From Phoronis australis (lineage: Eukaryota; Animalia; Phoronida), in NCBI GenBank assembly GCA_002633005.1, contig NMRA01000397.1:29722-93721 (forward strand): a stretch of DNA of 64,000 nucleotides, read 5' to 3'. Made by a program: the position numbers and the translations under genes. Numbering within the stretch: the stretch's first letter is position 1; every line of letters begins with the position of its first letter. Positions 62,301 through 64,000 of this stretch are shown here, one piece after another. The notes beneath the pieces were generated by a model, which was not told the DNA's origin, made no database searches, and saw only the letters and a list, made by a program, of their open reading frames with translations.

Positions 62301-63338
62301 GAACAGTCAGCTCAAAACGTACACAAAGCAGACAAGTCTATGACATCATGGAAAATTCTGAATTTTTTGTCAACCGTTTTTACGGGCAGTTCCAGGCTAT
62401 TTTCTGTTATTACACAAAGAAATTTCTTCAAAAACAGCACAATAGGTCCTTGACACAACCTTCTTGAAGGTATCAGTTTATAAAGTCCGGTTGTTTCGTC
62501 AGAATCACAAAAATGACACAAACCGCCGCTGCCACTACGTGGAAACAACAACGTAGATGGAGGTTGAACTGGAACTCAATATATTTATCTCTAAGCTCTA
62601 GATAGCTATAATTAATACTACAGGTACAAGCTCTTGCAGTGGTCAACGCTAAATTTTGTTAGATCTGGTTACAAAAATGTCCGCATCTCCCAGAGCACAA
62701 GATAATCATACACGTGAGCTTCAAATCACGAATACAAACCAATGAAACATCTGCATTCACATGAACCCCAACCATTATGCACACATACACAAATCATGCT
62801 GCAAGCGTAGAATCTCACTAACCAAAGCACAAAATAAACACTATAATTTTTGTGTTCAATTCCATAGCTGCCATCTGGAATGCTATTATAAATTATGTGC
62901 ATTCATAACAATGCTAGAAGCGTTTGAAAAATGAGTAAAGATCAATTCTGGCAATTATTTTTGTCTGAAATTGATGACATTTTATTGTAAACCCTTTCAG
63001 AATGACTACTTGTCTTCAGCAACCATTAATTGTCAGTGTGAGTATTAGTGTATGACTTTGTGGTGATTCAAATTTTTGCCTGTATGTATGATTTAGTGGT
63101 TCCTGTGGAATCACTTAAGTGGTCCAACTAGATTACTTTAGTGCACGATAATTTGGTACTCTACTACTCTCAATAATTGAAGTTAACAAAAAAAAGAATA
63201 CCACGATTTAGGTTTTTTTGCTGTGTCAGAGGGCTTTGCAGTATCCTTTGGTTTCGTTCTCTGTGTTGTTTGTTGCGTTGGTTCACAGGTCCTGGCTGGT
63301 TGATTCACCTCTCTCAATACCCTCTTGGCGGTGTCCAT
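47249..63338 (-). CDS. AURKA: Aurora kinase, A-type (~317-318 aa)
   Basis: Exons 63338-63202 (or 63205), 57963-57772, 51700-51562, 49804-49656, 48139-47908 and 47356-47249 join in frame. Motifs: [83 protein letters not shown]. Gly in YGYF is the Aurora-A-type residue. Confidence 0.93.
47908..48139 (-). CDS. AURKA: Aurora exon (activation loop, C-lobe)
   Basis: [18 protein letters not shown]...GARDLVSK. Confidence 0.96.
48661..49486. mobile_element. PIF/Harbinger (Tourist-like) MITE
   Basis: tta|gggctgttccagtaaaatc...gattttgctggaacagccc|tta; ~30-bp TIR, 3-bp TTA TSD. Confidence 0.88.
49656..49804 (-). CDS. AURKA: Aurora exon (HRD, DFG)
   Basis: [49 protein letters not shown]. Confidence 0.96.
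50001..50568. mobile_element. PIF/Harbinger MITE with the same TIR; partial third copy ~56690-56886
   Basis: taa|gggctgttccagtaaaatctg...cagattttgctggaacagccc|taa. Confidence 0.88.
51562..51700 (-). CDS. AURKA: Aurora exon (hinge)
   Basis: [46 protein letters not shown]. Confidence 0.95.
52040..55860 (+). mobile_element. Decayed Penelope-like element interrupted by a non-coding insertion
   Basis: RT N-part (DPT...[12 protein letters not shown]...IRPIVS; [11 protein letters not shown]) at 52190-52595; GIY-YIG part ([15 protein letters not shown]) from ~55637; ~52090-52152 is an inverted copy of ~55712-55775. Confidence 0.8.
52930..55637 (+). repeat. 1.35-kb tandem duplication (52930-54282 / 54284-55637) joined at an n
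   Basis: Near-identical copies with scattered substitutions and small indels. Confidence 0.95.
57772..57963 (-). CDS. AURKA: Aurora exon (Gly-loop, alphaC)
   Basis: [20 protein letters not shown]...EIQSHL, phase 2-2. Confidence 0.95.
58870..59028. repeat. Long imperfect inverted repeat (~60-bp arms) within a MITE-like insertion
   Basis: ttgacagtgggcggccaaatgatacattgggcgtc...gacgcccaatgtatcatttggacgcccactgtcaa. Confidence 0.85.
59560..60600 (+). mobile_element. 3' remnant of CR1/L2-type LINE
   Basis: [20 protein letters not shown]-terminal motif, T-rich UTR, terminal gagggcctcttggaaagcag...ctgaagaggccaccc stem. Confidence 0.55.
60984..62100 (-). mobile_element. Internally deleted Ty3/Gypsy LTR retrotransposon (gag plus integrase C-terminal fragment)
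   Basis: [42 protein letters not shown] (gag); KANFDRRYR...[17 protein letters not shown] (integrase tail). Confidence 0.85.
63202..63338 (-). CDS. AURKA: Aurora first coding exon (N-terminal tail)
   Basis: [13 protein letters not shown]...KKPKS; acceptor at 63343; two possible phase-2 donors 3 bp apart. Confidence 0.7.
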
Positions 63339-63550
63339 GTTACTGAAAATACAACATGGACTTGTGACAGTCAAATCCGCATTTTAAATAGTGTGACAAA
63401 ATGTCAACATAGTGAAGCTAGGCTCGCGGTAGCCGCTTGCCATTGGTGAATTCTGAGCAGCACTGGTGATGGTATGGCCAGCTTGGCGAATCATTTCACA
63501 ACTGGACAATGAACATAAATTAAAGGAATTCTATTCGCGTGTCGACTCAC

Positions 63551-63670
63551 AGTCAGCTCGAATCAAGCCGCGCCCCAAACAACATTTGTACTTCGATTCG
63601 GAGTCATAAAAATAAAAAGCGAATGTTCCACTCATGAGGGGAAATTCGCGTGATCTTTCAATATCTTTCC
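63551..63670 (-). promoter_or_regulatory. Putative Aurora non-coding first exon / promoter
   Basis: CpG-rich; GTGAGT donor at 63550; E2F-like (TTCGCG) and CHR-like (TTGAA) words at ~63640-63665. Confidence 0.35.
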
Positions 63671-64000
63671 GAGGGGAATGAAGTCACTATTTGGCCCCAA
63701 AATCAAGGGATTGAGGTCTCTGAAAAAGTTATTGAGAGACTCGGGACACATTTGCAAGGGAAGTAAATGTCAATTTTTTACTTAATGAGTTTTATATTCA
63801 CTACTCTGCATGATTCAGCTTCATTTTGCAAGGCAGGTCATAAGTTATGTGTTAACGTTTTTGGACCTAAATGTCTTGCTCACCAAAATGCCCACGTTGG
63901 CCAGCGTATCCCCCGTCGTAACCGGGGATGAGGCCAGGGGGTTGGGAAAATCCCTGCCCAATTTTTTAAAGGTCAACATCATTTAAATGCCCATGTACCC

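Noticed and set aside
951-63449. Most 60-160 aa ORFs in the supplied track
   Set aside because: No domain motifs or splice consistency; expected by chance or derived from repeats.

Overview
AT-rich, intron- and repeat-rich animal (probably marine invertebrate) genomic DNA. Six single-n positions (6430, 32810, 37342, 46108, 54283, 60989) are probably contig joins. Four spliced host genes can be reconstructed by hand. (1) RPP40, the RNase P/MRP p40 subunit (minus strand, 7 exons, 3' end runs off the window start). (2) ATMIN/ASCIZ, head-to-head with RPP40 (plus strand, 4 zinc fingers and 11 TQT LC8-binding motifs, ~643 aa). (3) A group III secreted phospholipase A2 (plus strand, catalytic exons only, 3' end missing near the n at 46108). 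(4) An Aurora A-type kinase, tail-to-tail with the PLA2 (minus strand, 6 coding exons, ~318 aa). Introns and intergenic DNA hold decayed mobile DNA: two Kolobok-like relics, three Penelope fragments, CR1/L2 LINEs, a HERO-like retrotransposon 3' end, a Gypsy remnant, Helentron-type HINEs and several MITEs. The most unusual signals are: a complete hammerhead-ribozyme core in a non-circularly permuted strand order in the HERO-like 3' UTR (29243-29299, minus); a minimal type I hammerhead in an inverted Penelope terminal repeat; and a set of 22-71 bp TAG...CTA insertions with 9-bp target-site duplications. Family assignments come from motif recognition only; no database searches were run.
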